This document shows positions 50,411-60,904 of a stretch of DNA of 64,000 nucleotides, one piece after another. The notes below the pieces were generated by a model, which worked only from the letters and a program-made list of their open reading frames with translations, was not told where the DNA came from and did not search any database. Position 1 is the first letter of the stretch. The number at the start of each line of letters is the position of its first letter. Source of the stretch: an uncultured Alphaproteobacteria bacterium. Its GTDB lineage: Bacteria > Pseudomonadota > Alphaproteobacteria > JAJFIK01. Position numbers and translations under genes: made by a program. The DNA lies in the NCBI GenBank assembly GCA_964474635.1, contig CAYYTT010000001.1:15930-79929 (forward strand). The letters are read 5' to 3'.

Positions 50411-52441
50411 ATGACCGCGACCGTTGCCGAACGCCGGGCCCTCATCGATCAGTTGACCGCCTCCATCGGCGCGGGCACAGACTGGCTCTCCGCCCGTCAG
50501 CAGGCGGACGGCCATTGGGTGGGGCACCTTCAATCGAACTCCTGCATGGAGGCCCAGTGGCTGCTCGCCCTCCATGTCATGGACCTGCGTGACCACAAAC
50601 AGATCCCTGGCCTGATCGGATCTCTGTGGCGCGAGCGGCGGGAGGACGGTGCCTGGGGCATCTATCACGATGCTCCGGCCGGTGACATCAACACGACCGT
50701 CGAGTGTTACGCGGCCCTGCGCTGTTATGGGGTGCCGGCGGATGATCCACGCATGGCGCAGACCGCCTCGTGGATCCTTGACAAGGGCGGTCTGAAACAT
50801 GTGCGGGTCTTCACCAAATACTGGCTCGCCTTGATCGGCGAGTGGCCGTGGACGAACACGCCCAATCTGCCCCCCGAAGTGATCCACTTTCCCCTGTGGT
50901 TCCCCTTCAGCATTTACAATTTCGCCCAGTGGGCGCGCGCGACCCTGATGCCGCTGGCGGTCTTGAGCGCGCGCCGTCCCGTGCGTCCGCTCCCTGAGGG
51001 ATGCCGGCTCGATGCCCTGTTTGCGGATGGGCGCAAGGCCTTCGACTTTCGCTACCCCAAAAAGCCGGATCTGATCTCCTGGGACACCTTCTTCCTCGGC
51101 GCGGACCGTGTTCTGCATGGGGCCCAATCGGTCGGCCTTCCCCCTTTGCGGGAGGGCACGATCAAAAAGGTCCTGGAATGGATCATCAAGCATCAGGATG
51201 CGGATGGCGTCTGGGGCGGGATTCAACCTCCCTGGATCTACAGCCTCATGGCGCTCCATGTGGAAGGCTACCCCGTGACCCATCCGGTGATGGCCAAGGG
51301 TCTCGGCGCCATTGAGGATCCGCGCTGGGCCTACACGAAGGATGATGCCACCTATGTCCAGGCCTGCGTCTCGCCGGTGTGGGACACGGTGCTCAGCATG
51401 CTGGCCTATCAGGATGCCGAGACGGAAAACCCAGACGAGATTGACCGGGCCATCGAGTGGGTGCTGAACCAGGAAGTGCGAACCCAAGGGGACTGGAGCA
51501 TGAAGCTGCCCGATGTGGAGCCGGGTGGCTGGGCCTTCGAATATGCCAATGCCTGTTATCCGGACCTGGATGATACCGCCGTGGCGCTCATGGTTCTCGC
51601 GCCCTATCGGCACGACCCGAAATGGCTGGCCAAAGGCATTCACGGCGCCATAGAGCGGGCCTTGAACTGGACCATCGCCATGCAATGCAAGAACGGCGGC
51701 TGGGGTGCCTTCGACAAGGATAATGACAAGCAGATTCTGACCAAAATTCCCTTCTGCGATTTCGGTGAAGCGCTCGACCCGCCGAGCGTGGATGTGACCG
51801 CCCATGTCATGGAGGCTTTCGCCAAACTTGGCTTCGATAAGAGCCATCCCAGCATGGTCCGTGCCCTTGCCTTTCTGAAGGATGAGCAGGAGCCGGACGG
51901 AAGCTGGTGGGGCCGCTGGGGCGTCAATTACGTCTATGGCACGGGCGCGGTGCTGCCGGCCCTGGAGGCCATTGGCGAGGACATGTCCCAGCCCCATATT
52001 CAGCGAGCGGCACAGTGGCTGGTCGATCATCAGAATGAGGATGGCGGATGGGGCGAGACCTGCGGGTCTTACATGGATGCGGGCCTTGCCGGCACTGGCA
52101 AAAGTACGGCAAGCCAGACGGCCTGGGCCCTCATGGGCCTACTCGCCGTGGAACGCGAGGCCGATCTTGGTGCCGTCGAGCGCGGCGTCACTTTTTTGGC
52201 GGAACGCCAGTCGGACGGTACCTGGGACGAGCCGGAATTCACTGGCACGGGCTTTCCGGGCTATGGCCTCGGGGCGCGGATCAACCTGAAACAGACAGGG
52301 ATCGACAAGGACCTTTATCAGTCAACGGAACTGTCCCGCGGCTTCATGATCAATTACAATCTCTACCGCCATTATTTCCCGGTGATGGCCATGGGCCGGG
52401 CCCGGAAAATGCTGCGCCGCATGGACAACGCGCCGCTCTAA
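50411..52441 (+). CDS. shc: Squalene-hopene cyclase
   Basis: ORF 50324..52441; start MTATVAERRALIDQL at 50411. Catalytic DxDD motif in YPDLDDTAVALMVL. Several QW-type repeats: QQADGHWVG, RREDGAWG, HQDADGVWGG, QCKNGGWGAF, QEPDGSWWGRWG, QNEDGGWGE, RQSDGTWDE. Confidence 0.95.
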   Translation: MTATVAERRALIDQLTASIGAGTDWLSARQQADGHWVGHLQSNSCMEAQWLLALHVMDLRDHKQIPGLIGSLWRERREDGAWGIYHDAPAGDINTTVECYAALRCYGVPADDPRMAQTASWILDKGGLKHVRVFTKYWLALIGEWPWTNTPNLPPEVIHFPLWFPFSIYNFAQWARATLMPLAVLSARRPVRPLPEGCRLDALFADGRKAFDFRYPKKPDLISWDTFFLGADRVLHGAQSVGLPPLREGTIKKVLEWIIKHQDADGVWGGIQPPWIYSLMALHVEGYPVTHPVMAKGLGAIEDPRWAYTKDDATYVQACVSPVWDTVLSMLAYQDAETENPDEIDRAIEWVLNQEVRTQGDWSMKLPDVEPGGWAFEYANACYPDLDDTAVALMVLAPYRHDPKWLAKGIHGAIERALNWTIAMQCKNGGWGAFDKDNDKQILTKIPFCDFGEALDPPSVDVTAHVMEAFAKLGFDKSHPSMVRALAFLKDEQEPDGSWWGRWGVNYVYGTGAVLPALEAIGEDMSQPHIQRAAQWLVDHQNEDGGWGETCGSYMDAGLAGTGKSTASQTAWALMGLLAVEREADLGAVERGVTFLAERQSDGTWDEPEFTGTGFPGYGLGARINLKQTGIDKDLYQSTELSRGFMINYNLYRHYFPVMAMGRARKMLRRMDNAPL

Positions 52442-52513
52442 GCCTTCAGAGGGCCGGGCCATGAGACCGGCGGCGCGCTGGTCTTAGACCGATCAAGGAT
52501 TGCTCGGCCGCTG

Positions 52514-53095
52514 CTATAGACCGCGGCTGCCGGGCTTGATCGCGGGTAAGGCGGCAAGGTCCGGCGGCAGGTCATCGGGCTTATAGGCGGGAAAGCTCAC
52601 GGTTGCGAGGGCGAGGAGCGGCACGCCCACCTCCGCCGTGCCGCCGGAGCGGTCCACAAGGCAGGCCTCCGCCAGAACCTGCGCGCCCGTGGCCTGGACG
52701 GCGGCAAGGCATTCGCGCGACGACAAGCCCGTCGTCACGATGTCCTCCACGATCACAACGGGCGTGCCCGGCTCGATTTCAAAGCCCCGGCGGAGCCGAA
52801 AGACGCCGTCCTCACGCTCCGTATAAATCGCATCGAGGCCCAGCGCCCGCGCCGTCTCGTAGCCCGGGATAATCCCGCCCACGGCCGGGGAGACGATCAG
52901 CGCCGCGCGATCGCCCACGGCAGTGCGAATTTTATCGGCCAGCGCCCGGCACAGGCGTTCCGTGCGCGCTGGATTCTTGAACACCAGGGCCTTTTGCAAA
53001 AAGAACGGGCTGTGCAGCCCGGAACTCAAGATGAAATGGCCTTCCAGAAGGGCCCCGGCGGCCCTGAATTCCTCGAGAACCTCGTCGGGGGTCAT
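52514..53095 (-). CDS. pyrE: Orotate phosphoribosyltransferase
   Basis: ORF trimmed to [36 protein letters not shown] at 53095. PRPP-binding loop [16 protein letters not shown]. Confidence 0.9.
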   Translation of the reverse strand: MTPDEVLEEFRAAGALLEGHFILSSGLHSPFFLQKALVFKNPARTERLCRALADKIRTAVGDRAALIVSPAVGGIIPGYETARALGLDAIYTEREDGVFRLRRGFEIEPGTPVVIVEDIVTTGLSSRECLAAVQATGAQVLAEACLVDRSGGTAEVGVPLLALATVSFPAYKPDDLPPDLAALPAIKPGSRGL

Positions 53096-53114
53096 GGCCC
53101 GTTTCCTTTGTCGC

Positions 53115-55310
53115 TTACACCGTCTCGCCGCGCGGGCGCTCAACGCTTTCCACAAGGTCGCTGGCCCGCAATGCGGCCATGATCTGGGTCAGGTGCCGCA
53201 CGTCCTCCACATCCACATCGAGTAGGATCTCGAAGTAAAGCGGCGTGCGATCCGTGATGCGCAGATTGCTGATGTTTCCGCCATGCTGCGCGATAATGGT
53301 CGACAGGGCCCCCAGCGCGCCCGGTGTATGGGTGATGAGCACTTCAAGACGCGCAACCGGCACATGGGGCTCGGCTTCATCACTGGGCAGAGGATCCCAC
53401 CCGAGATCCACCCAGCGTTCGGGGGCCTCGTGATAAAGGCCCAGCACCTCGCAATCGATGGTGTGCACAACCATTCCCTCGCCGGCACTCATGATACCAA
53501 CGATCCGGTCGCCGGGCAGTGGGTGGCAGCATTGGCCCAGATGCACGGCGATCCCAGGGATAAGGCCCTTGATCGGCATGGGGCCGGTGCCGGCCTTCCC
53601 GCTAGGGCGTTCGGGCGCCTTTTTTGCGGCCTTGGCGCGCACGCCGCCATGGGTCAGTTCGATATCGACACCCGGATAAACGGCCTTGAAGACGGCTTCG
53701 GCCGACAGTTCCGCCGCGCCCACATCCGCGTAGACATCCTCCACCCGCGTGCGCTTAAGCTTGGCGAGGGCCTGGTCCACGCCCTTGTCGGTCAACTCGC
53801 GCTCATGGGTCTGGAAAAAGCGTTCCGTCAGACTGCGACCCAGGCGGATGAATTGGTCGCGCTGGCTCTGGCGCACAAAGCGGCGGATCGAGGCGCGGGC
53901 CTTGCCCGTGACGACGAAGCGGTCCCAATCCGCATGGGGCGTTTGCGCGTCCGAACGGACAATCTCAACCATATCGCCATTGTGCAGCCGGGTGCGCAGC
54001 GGTCGGTGGTGACCGTTGATTTTGGCGCCCACGCAGGTATCGCCCACATGGGTGTGCACCGCATAGGCAAAGTCCACCACCGTCGCGCCTTGCGGCAGGG
54101 CGATCAGCGAGCCCTTGGGCGTAAAACAGAAAACCTGATCGGTGAACATCTCGAGCTTGGTGTTCTCGAGCAGTTCCTCCGGACCAGCCCCATGTTCGAT
54201 CAGCGAGGCCACCGTCTGCAGGGCCTTCATGCCCCGCGTGCCCACCGGCCCGCCATAGCTCGTCCCGTTGCTGCCACTGTCCTTGTAGGCCCAGTGGGCG
54301 GCAAGGCCGCGCTCGGCGATGGCATCCATATCGGGCGTGCGGATCTGGATTTCGACGCGCTGGCGCTCGGGGCCCATCACGGTCGTGTGGATGGACTGGT
54401 AGTCATTGCGCTTGGGCGTCGATATATAATCCTTGAAGCGGTTGGGCACGCAGGCCCATTCGGTATGGAAGACGCCGAGCGCCCGGTAGCAGTCCTCGAC
54501 CGACGGCACCACGCAGCGAAACCCGAAAATATCCGCAAGCTGTTCGAAACTGATCTGCTTGCGTTCCATCTTGCGCCAGATGGAATAGGGCCGTTTGGCC
54601 CGCCCCTTCACGCTCGCCTCGATGCCGTGGTGGGCCAGCAGGGCTTCAAGCCGCGCCGTGATCCGCTCAATGACATCGCCGGAGGTACGCGTCAGGAAAT
54701 CCAGGCGCTTGACGATGGACTCGCGCGCCCCCGGATTGATGTGCACGAAGGCTAGGTCTTCAAGTTCCTCGCGGAAATCCTGCATGCCGATCAAACCCGC
54801 CAGCGGCGCGTAGATCTCCATGGTTTCCTGGGCGATGCGCGCACGTTTATGCGGCTTGCTGATGAAATGCAAGGTGCGCATATTGTGCAGCCGGTCCGCA
54901 AGCTTGACCAGCAGCACGCGCACATCCCGGGCCGTCGCAAGAAGCAGCTTGCGGAAATTCTCCGCCTGCTTTGTTTCTTCGGAAATCAGTTCGAGCTGGG
55001 ACAGCTTCGTCACACCGTCAACGAGTTCGGCGATATCATCACCAAAATTGCTGCGGATATCCTCGGTGGTGACGTCCGTGTCCTCCACGGTGTCATGGAG
55101 AAGCGCGGTCGCAATGGTGCGGCTGTCGAGTTTCAGGTCCGTGAGGATTCCGGCCACTTCGACCGGGTGCGAATAATAAGGATCGCCCGAGGCGCGGGTC
55201 TGCTTGCCATGGGCGTTGACGGCGAAAACGTAAGCGCGGTTCAGGAGGCCTTCTTCCGCCTCTGAATCATACGAGCAAACCCGCTCGACCAATTCATATT
55301 GCCGCAGCAT
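53115..55310 (-). CDS. spoT: Bifunctional (p)ppGpp synthetase/hydrolase (RSH, SpoT/RelA family)
   Basis: 731 aa. HD hydrolase: [15 protein letters not shown]...LLHDTVEDT. Synthetase: [13 protein letters not shown]...DIFGFRCVV...[11 protein letters not shown] ([24 protein letters not shown]) and a C-terminal ACT-like domain. Confidence 0.97.
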   Translation of the reverse strand: MLRQYELVERVCSYDSEAEEGLLNRAYVFAVNAHGKQTRASGDPYYSHPVEVAGILTDLKLDSRTIATALLHDTVEDTDVTTEDIRSNFGDDIAELVDGVTKLSQLELISEETKQAENFRKLLLATARDVRVLLVKLADRLHNMRTLHFISKPHKRARIAQETMEIYAPLAGLIGMQDFREELEDLAFVHINPGARESIVKRLDFLTRTSGDVIERITARLEALLAHHGIEASVKGRAKRPYSIWRKMERKQISFEQLADIFGFRCVVPSVEDCYRALGVFHTEWACVPNRFKDYISTPKRNDYQSIHTTVMGPERQRVEIQIRTPDMDAIAERGLAAHWAYKDSGSNGTSYGGPVGTRGMKALQTVASLIEHGAGPEELLENTKLEMFTDQVFCFTPKGSLIALPQGATVVDFAYAVHTHVGDTCVGAKINGHHRPLRTRLHNGDMVEIVRSDAQTPHADWDRFVVTGKARASIRRFVRQSQRDQFIRLGRSLTERFFQTHERELTDKGVDQALAKLKRTRVEDVYADVGAAELSAEAVFKAVYPGVDIELTHGGVRAKAAKKAPERPSGKAGTGPMPIKGLIPGIAVHLGQCCHPLPGDRIVGIMSAGEGMVVHTIDCEVLGLYHEAPERWVDLGWDPLPSDEAEPHVPVARLEVLITHTPGALGALSTIIAQHGGNISNLRITDRTPLYFEILLDVDVEDVRHLTQIMAALRASDLVESVERPRGETV

Positions 55311-55423
55311 TACGCGTCATGCCTTCATGCATCCACGGATCGAACGGGGTTTTAAAGGCGGCCCGCAAGGGTCACTCGCGAGCCGTGGCTGACGGAGCAT
55401 CAAGAGCCGCCGCGGCGGCGCGC

Positions 55424-55816
55424 TCAGTATTCCATGTTCTCACGCTCGGCGGCGCTGGCAGCCTCGGCGCGGCTTTGGGTCTCTTGTTGCATTGCCTTGA
55501 GATACTGTTCCTCGGTCATGGGAATGGACTCAGGCTGATCGGGCGTGGCTGCAATCTGGGGCACGGTTTCCTGCTCGGGTTCGTCCACTTCCACATGGCG
55601 CTGCATGGAATGGATCAAATCCTCGCGCAGGGTGTCCGGTACGACCTTTTGATCTGCGATTTCGCGCAAGGCCACCACCGGGTTCTTGTCGTTGTCCCGC
55701 TCGACGGCGAGCTGCTCCCCGGCGGAGATGGCGCGCGCCCTTTGGGCGGCAAGCAACACCAGATCGAACCGGTTGGAGATCTTATCCACGCAGTCTTCCA
55801 CGGTAACGCGGGCCAT
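55424..55816 (-). CDS. rpoZ: DNA-directed RNA polymerase subunit omega
   Basis: ORF trimmed to [33 protein letters not shown] at 55816. It lies upstream of spoT, the conserved rpoZ-spoT synteny. Confidence 0.95.
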   Translation of the reverse strand: MARVTVEDCVDKISNRFDLVLLAAQRARAISAGEQLAVERDNDKNPVVALREIADQKVVPDTLREDLIHSMQRHVEVDEPEQETVPQIAATPDQPESIPMTEEQYLKAMQQETQSRAEAASAAERENMEY

Positions 55817-56074
55817 CGACAACTCCTTCTGGGGAACAAGGGTTTGGCTTGGCAACCAGTCTTCGGCATTCGCACATGCGGTCAAGAGCGTTCGCAACTG
55901 CGGCCAAAACCCTCCATAGGGCACACCGCAAGCCAAGCGCTATGTCATACTGCGCCGCAAATTGCTTGACAATACCTTGCGGGCCAAACCTTTGCTGTCT
56001 CGGCCTTTGCAGGCCAGACCTTTACGGGGGTAGGCCTTTGCGTGCTTGAGGCCCTCATCGACGAGCCCAGCGCG

Positions 56075-56593
56075 TCAGTCCGCCAGCACCGTGCAGTCCT
56101 GGGGCGGAGACAGCGCCGCAAAAAGATCACCGGCCAGCCGGCCCGAGCGCGGGTGACGCCAGCTGGGCGCCACATCCATGAGGGGACACAGGACAAAGGC
56201 CCGCTCGTCCAGACGCGGATGCGGCAAGACCAGAGGCATGCCGCCTTCCTCCTGCCCCGCCGCAGCCCCAGTGGTGACAAACTGGTGGTAATCAATCAGG
56301 TCGAGGTCGAGGGTGCGCGCTTCCCAGCGGTCCTTGCGCTGACGGCCGAACGCGGCTTCCGTTTCGTGAAGAAGCGCGAGAAGTGACCACGGGTCCAAAT
56401 CGCTCTTGATCCGCGCCACTGCATTCACGAAATCAGGCTGACCGGACGGTGGAATGGGCGCAGACCGGTAATAGTGGGACACCCCGCAAACCTGCGCACC
56501 GCGCACATCCAAAAAGTGCAGCGCCGCCGGGAGGGTGCGAATCGGGGCGCCTGCGCGGCTGGGGAGATTGGCTCCAAGTGCAATCAGAATCAT
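56075..56593 (-). CDS. folK: 2-amino-4-hydroxy-6-hydroxymethyldihydropteridine diphosphokinase
   Basis: 172 aa. MILIALGANLPS..., FVNAVARIKSDL, RWEARTLDLDLIDY, LVLPHPRLDERAFVLCPLMDVAP. Confidence 0.9.
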   Translation of the reverse strand: MILIALGANLPSRAGAPIRTLPAALHFLDVRGAQVCGVSHYYRSAPIPPSGQPDFVNAVARIKSDLDPWSLLALLHETEAAFGRQRKDRWEARTLDLDLIDYHQFVTTGAAAGQEEGGMPLVLPHPRLDERAFVLCPLMDVAPSWRHPRSGRLAGDLFAALSPPQDCTVLAD

Positions 56594-56978
56594 AGTAGGT
56601 ACGTATTCACAGATAATGGGTTAGGGTATTTCACGCGAGTTTATCGTCGGCCTATCGTAATCGTCGAGATGGACAAAAAGTTCAGAACACTTGACTTTAG
56701 GGCGTTCTGTGATGCTTCTCCGGCGATACTGCTGCAGAAACCTGATCCAGCATCCCCGCATATTCCACGGTTTGGTTGCGGATTAGCCATTAGGCCGTAT
56801 TTGTGAGTCAGTAGACCTTTTATCTTGTTCCGCCAACATTCGACAAACAGTTCACGTTGGCAAAGTGAAGCTTTTGTGTAGTAAAACCCTTGTATTCGCC
56901 GGCGGTATTTAGGCATACTCCCTCATCCGGCCGCACAACAAGCAATCCCACGCACAAAGCTTTGCAGTAACCATAAGG

Positions 56979-57683
56979 ATGACGCGTCCGATGTTTTATG
57001 AAGAAGAACGGGTGGCCCTGTTTATCGACGGCTCGAATTTGTATGCTGCAGCGCGGTCGCTGAACTTTGACATCGATTACAAACGCCTTCTTGAGCATTT
57101 TCGCAACTTGGGTGTGTTGGTTCGGGCTTTCTACTATACCGCATTGGTTGAAGATCAGGAATATTCACCAATACGTCCGCTGGTCGATTGGCTGGACTAC
57201 AATGGCTACACGCTCGTCACAAAGCCCACAAAGGAATTCACGGATTCCCAAGGTCGCCGCAAAATCAAAGGGAATATGGACATTGAGCTCGCCGTCGATG
57301 TGATGGAAATGGCCGACCATGTGGATCACATCGTGCTGTTCTCCGGCGACGGCGATTTCCGGCGCCTGGCCGAAGCGGTCCAGCGCAAGGGCAAGCGCAT
57401 GACCGTCGTCTCGACCGTCCGCTCCCAGCCGCCCATGCTCGCCGACGAGCTGCGTCGCCAAGCCGACAATTTCATCGAGCTTGAGCAATTGTCCTCGGCC
57501 ATTTCACGCGAACATTCCGGACGCAGCCCCCACCAGGGCGGCAATCAGCGCCCTGGCCCGGGCCAGGGCCAGGGCCAGGGCGGCTCGGCCGTACGCTTTG
57601 GCGACGGCTATGAAAACGATGATGAATTCGAAGACGGCGAGGAAGAGGATCTGGGGCCGGATATCAATAAGGCCCTTCCGTAA
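56979..57683 (+). CDS. NYN-domain (LabA-like) protein with low-complexity acidic/Gly-Gln tail
   Basis: 234 aa. VALFIDGSNLYAAARSL, AFYYTAL, KGNMDIELAVDVMEMADHVDHIVLFSGDGDFRRLAEAVQRKGKRMTVVS. C-terminal GPGQGQGQGG is encoded by (ggccag)x3 at 57561-57578. Visibly lower GC than its surroundings. Confidence 0.85.
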   Translation: MTRPMFYEEERVALFIDGSNLYAAARSLNFDIDYKRLLEHFRNLGVLVRAFYYTALVEDQEYSPIRPLVDWLDYNGYTLVTKPTKEFTDSQGRRKIKGNMDIELAVDVMEMADHVDHIVLFSGDGDFRRLAEAVQRKGKRMTVVSTVRSQPPMLADELRRQADNFIELEQLSSAISREHSGRSPHQGGNQRPGPGQGQGQGGSAVRFGDGYENDDEFEDGEEEDLGPDINKALP

Positions 57684-57701
57684 CCGTCATCCCGGTCCGC
57701 C

Positions 57702-58412
57702 GTGTCCGCGCCACGCCATTCCGCTGTGAAAAGGGGCGACACCCCGGTGCCGGCAGAGGCACCGGTCGACTGCACCCTATGTCCACGTCTCGTCGGCTAC
57801 AGGGCCGAGAACGCCGCCGCGCATCCGGACTGGTTCAATGGCGCGGTGCCGTCCTTTGGCGGTGACGATGCCTGGCTGCTGATCGTGGGCCTTGCCCCCG
57901 GTGTGACGGGGGCAAACCGCACGGGGCGTCCCTTCACGGGCGATTTCGCGGGCGATCTTCTCTACGGAACCCTCATTAAGACGGGTCTTGCCGACGGATC
58001 CTACAACGCATCGCCCGACGATGGACTGCGCCTGCGCGGCGCCATGATCACCAACGCCGTGCGGTGCGTACCCCCCAAAAACAAGCCAACCGGTGCGGAG
58101 ATTGCCGCCTGCAGACCATTTTTGCGCGCCCGCATCGGGGCATTGCCCAACCTGCGCTGCATCATTGCGCTGGGCCGCATTGCCCATGACAGCGTCGTGA
58201 CCGCCTTCGGGTTGCGCCCGGCCCACTTTCCCTTTGGCCACAACAAGGGGCATGACCTGCCGGCCCCGGACGACCTTGCAGCCTCCCCGCCGTCGATCCG
58301 GCTTTGCGACAGCTACCACTGCTCCCGCTACAACACGAATACGGGGCGGCTGACGGAGGACATGTTTCAAGCCGTTTTCAATTCCGCCCTGCAGCATAAG
58401 CCCGGGTCTTGA
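57702..58412 (+). CDS. Uracil-DNA glycosylase superfamily protein (family 4/5-like)
   Basis: 236 aa; GTG start. LLIVGLAPGVTGANRTGRPFTGDFAGDLLY, ITNAVRCVPPKNKPT, ALGRIAHD, CDSYHCSRYNTNTGRLT. Confidence 0.8.
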   Translation: MSAPRHSAVKRGDTPVPAEAPVDCTLCPRLVGYRAENAAAHPDWFNGAVPSFGGDDAWLLIVGLAPGVTGANRTGRPFTGDFAGDLLYGTLIKTGLADGSYNASPDDGLRLRGAMITNAVRCVPPKNKPTGAEIAACRPFLRARIGALPNLRCIIALGRIAHDSVVTAFGLRPAHFPFGHNKGHDLPAPDDLAASPPSIRLCDSYHCSRYNTNTGRLTEDMFQAVFNSALQHKPGS

Positions 58413-58631
58413 CGGCCGCCCGCCTTGCGCATGCGCATACGTCCGGGAGACCGCCGCCATGGACTGGTCATCGAGACAGCGCGACCGCGCGATGGCGCGC
58501 TGGCCTGGGGCAAGCTCGTCCGTCGCCAGACGCCAAGTCCACGGCCAACGCATGTCCTGTGAGCACAAGCGAACCATGCGAACGGGCAACCGGGGCCGGG
58601 GGATCAGTTCCCCAAAACTCGCCCCCGCGCC

Positions 58632-59813
58632 TCAGTCCAGGATGATGGTCATTGCCTTGAGATAATCCGTCTCGGGCAGATGGAGGTGCACCGGGTGGTC
58701 GGGACCGGCGCCGGCGAACCGGATCGCGTGCCCGCGCCTTTCGCCATCACTCAGCCCGCGAACCGTTTGCCCCCAGAATGCATCCCGGTCCACCAGATGA
58801 CTGCAGGAGGCCGCAAGGAGCACGCCCCCCGGCGCGATGAGCGGCGCGCACAGCCGGGCCACCTTGCGATACCCCTTAATGCCTGCTTTCAAATCCTTGC
58901 GCGATTTCACAAAGGCCGGCGGATCCGCGATGACCACATCGAAGGTCTCTCCGGTGCGGGTAAAATGCTCCAATGCCGCGAACACATCGCCTTTGTGGGT
59001 TTTCACCGCGGCGCCAACGCCGGCAGCCTCAATGGCCCGCTCCGCCAAGGCAAGGGCTGGTGCGGAGCGATCAATCAGGGCCACGGACTGGGCCCCTTGA
59101 GCGGCGCAGAGCAGGCCAAAAGCACCCGTGTGGGCATAAAGGTCAAGCACCCGCGCCCCTTGCGCGAAGGAGGCGACATGGGCCCGGTTGGCGCGGTGGT
59201 CAAAAAACCACCCGGTTTTTTGTCCGCCCATCACATCCGCGAAATAAACGCAGCCGTTTTCCTCCACGGGCACAGCGCCATCGGCCCCACCGTGGAGCAG
59301 GTCAACCGACCGCTCCAGGCCCTCCAGGGCGCGATTGGGACTGTCATTGCGGGCAATGATGGCACGGGGACTGAGCAACGCCACAAGGCACGCGGTAATG
59401 TCCGGTAACAGACGGTCGATCCCTGCCGTATTGGCCTGCACCACCAGCACATCGTCATAACGGTCAATCACAAGCCCGGGCAGGTCGTCCCCTTCGGCAT
59501 GGACAAGACGGTAGAAGGGCCGATCAAACAGCCGTTCCCGCAGCGCGAGCGCCTTACCGATGCGCTCAGCGATGAGGGCCGCGGGGTCGGTCTCCTCCCC
59601 CGTCGCCAAACGGCGCGCCGCAATCAGCGTGTGCGCATTGAAATAGGCTGTGCCGAGCGGCCCGCCCGCCCCCTCAAGGCGCACGGGCGTTCCAGGCTCA
59701 AGCGCCTTCAGGGCCGGCGTCATGTCGATTTCGTTCGAAAAGACCCAAGGATGGCCGGCCGCCAGACGTTTCGCGGCGCTGGCCTTTACGGGAAGAGTGA
59801 TGTCACCGCTCAT
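58632..59813 (-). CDS. rlmI: Class I SAM-dependent rRNA methyltransferase (RlmI-like, PUA + MTase)
   Basis: ORF trimmed to MSGDITLPVKASAAKRLAAGHPWVFSNEI at 59813. SAM-binding RVLDLYAHTGAFGL. FDVVIADPPAFVKS and LLAASCSH. Confidence 0.8.
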   Translation of the reverse strand: MSGDITLPVKASAAKRLAAGHPWVFSNEIDMTPALKALEPGTPVRLEGAGGPLGTAYFNAHTLIAARRLATGEETDPAALIAERIGKALALRERLFDRPFYRLVHAEGDDLPGLVIDRYDDVLVVQANTAGIDRLLPDITACLVALLSPRAIIARNDSPNRALEGLERSVDLLHGGADGAVPVEENGCVYFADVMGGQKTGWFFDHRANRAHVASFAQGARVLDLYAHTGAFGLLCAAQGAQSVALIDRSAPALALAERAIEAAGVGAAVKTHKGDVFAALEHFTRTGETFDVVIADPPAFVKSRKDLKAGIKGYRKVARLCAPLIAPGGVLLAASCSHLVDRDAFWGQTVRGLSDGERRGHAIRFAGAGPDHPVHLHLPETDYLKAMTIILD

Positions 59814-60684
59814 GCCGCGCCGACCTTCCCCCCATGGCATAGGCCTGGGTTCCGCGGTGGTGCACCCGGTCTTGTGCCAAAACGTCCTCGGGCTCCAGGT
59901 CGCTCGCCTTCGCCACCGTCTTGTAAATCGGCGCGAAGTCCTGGCGCACGGTGGCGTCAAACAGTTCCTCAAAATCGGAAATCACGAAATAGGTCTGCTG
60001 ATAATCATCAATCCGGTACTTGGTCCGCATGAGGCGTTCCAGATCGAAATGGACCCGGTTGGGCGATCCATCCTCAAGACTGAACACCGACTCGCCCTTT
60101 GAGGACACGATACCGGCCCCGTAAATACGCAAACCCTCGCCCGTCTCAATGAGACCGAATTCAACCGTATACCAATAAAGCCGCGCCAGATGGTGCAGGC
60201 CATCAAATTCAAGGGCGCGCAGCCCCCCTTTACCATAGGCTTCCATATAGTCGGCGAAGACTGGATTGGCGAGCAAAGGCACATGGCCGAACACGTCGTG
60301 GAAAATGTCCGGTTCCTGCAGGTAATCAAGCTGGTCGGGCTTGCGGATAAACTGTCCCGCCACGAACCGGCGCCGTGCCAGATGCTCAAAAAATACCGTA
60401 TCCGGAACGAGCCCGGGCACGGCCACGACCCTCCAGCCAGTGAGCTTATAAAGCTCTTCATTGAGCCGGCGGAAATCGGGGATACCGTCCTCTCCCAGAT
60501 CAAGGCGGGTCAGGCCGTCCATGAATTCAGGCGCTGCGCGGCCAGGCAAAACGTCAAGCTGGCGCCGGTACAAGGTCTTCCAGACGGCATGTTCTTCAGG
60601 CGTATACTGGTCCCAACGCTGATCGATGGTGTAATCGGGCTTCACGTCGGGATAGGTCACGGCATATTCGGCAAGGCTGACCAT
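59803..60684 (-). CDS. phhA: Phenylalanine 4-monooxygenase
   Basis: ORF trimmed to MVSLAEYAVTYP at 60684, with GGGAGA upstream. Iron ligands are in PDIFHDVFGHVPLL and YWYTVEFGL. YGAGIVSSKGE is also present. The 3' end overlaps the rlmI start by 11 nt. Confidence 0.92.
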   Translation of the reverse strand: MVSLAEYAVTYPDVKPDYTIDQRWDQYTPEEHAVWKTLYRRQLDVLPGRAAPEFMDGLTRLDLGEDGIPDFRRLNEELYKLTGWRVVAVPGLVPDTVFFEHLARRRFVAGQFIRKPDQLDYLQEPDIFHDVFGHVPLLANPVFADYMEAYGKGGLRALEFDGLHHLARLYWYTVEFGLIETGEGLRIYGAGIVSSKGESVFSLEDGSPNRVHFDLERLMRTKYRIDDYQQTYFVISDFEELFDATVRQDFAPIYKTVAKASDLEPEDVLAQDRVHHRGTQAYAMGGRSARHER

Positions 60685-60904
60685 GGGGTGTCTCCCTCGA
60701 TCCGGATGCTGCATTGCGAAGACGTGGGTTGTAATACGCCAATGGCCGGTCTCGGACCGGGGCGCGAGGTCTTCCGTGCAGCGAAGATGTGCGCTCATGG
60801 TTCCCGGCTCGGCCGGGGGCCCGTGCACTTTGGCGGCGGAGAGTGAGTGAAAAGCCGGCGGCCCGCAAGTCCGGTGCGCCGTCACACCCTCTTGAGGCCC
60901 AGCG

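Noticed and set aside
50321-52030. 569-aa minus-strand ORF
   Set aside because: Antisense to squalene-hopene cyclase, which carries DxDD and QW motifs. Shadow ORF.
53283-54755. 490-aa plus-strand ORF
   Set aside because: Antisense to the RSH/SpoT gene. Shadow ORF.
56641-56916. 91-aa minus-strand ORF (and the 110-aa plus-strand ORF 56474..56806) in the AT-rich gap upstream of the NYN gene
   Set aside because: No RBS or family resemblance. Codon pattern is unlike the surrounding genes. The plus-strand ORF overlaps folK antisense. Coding is considered unlikely.
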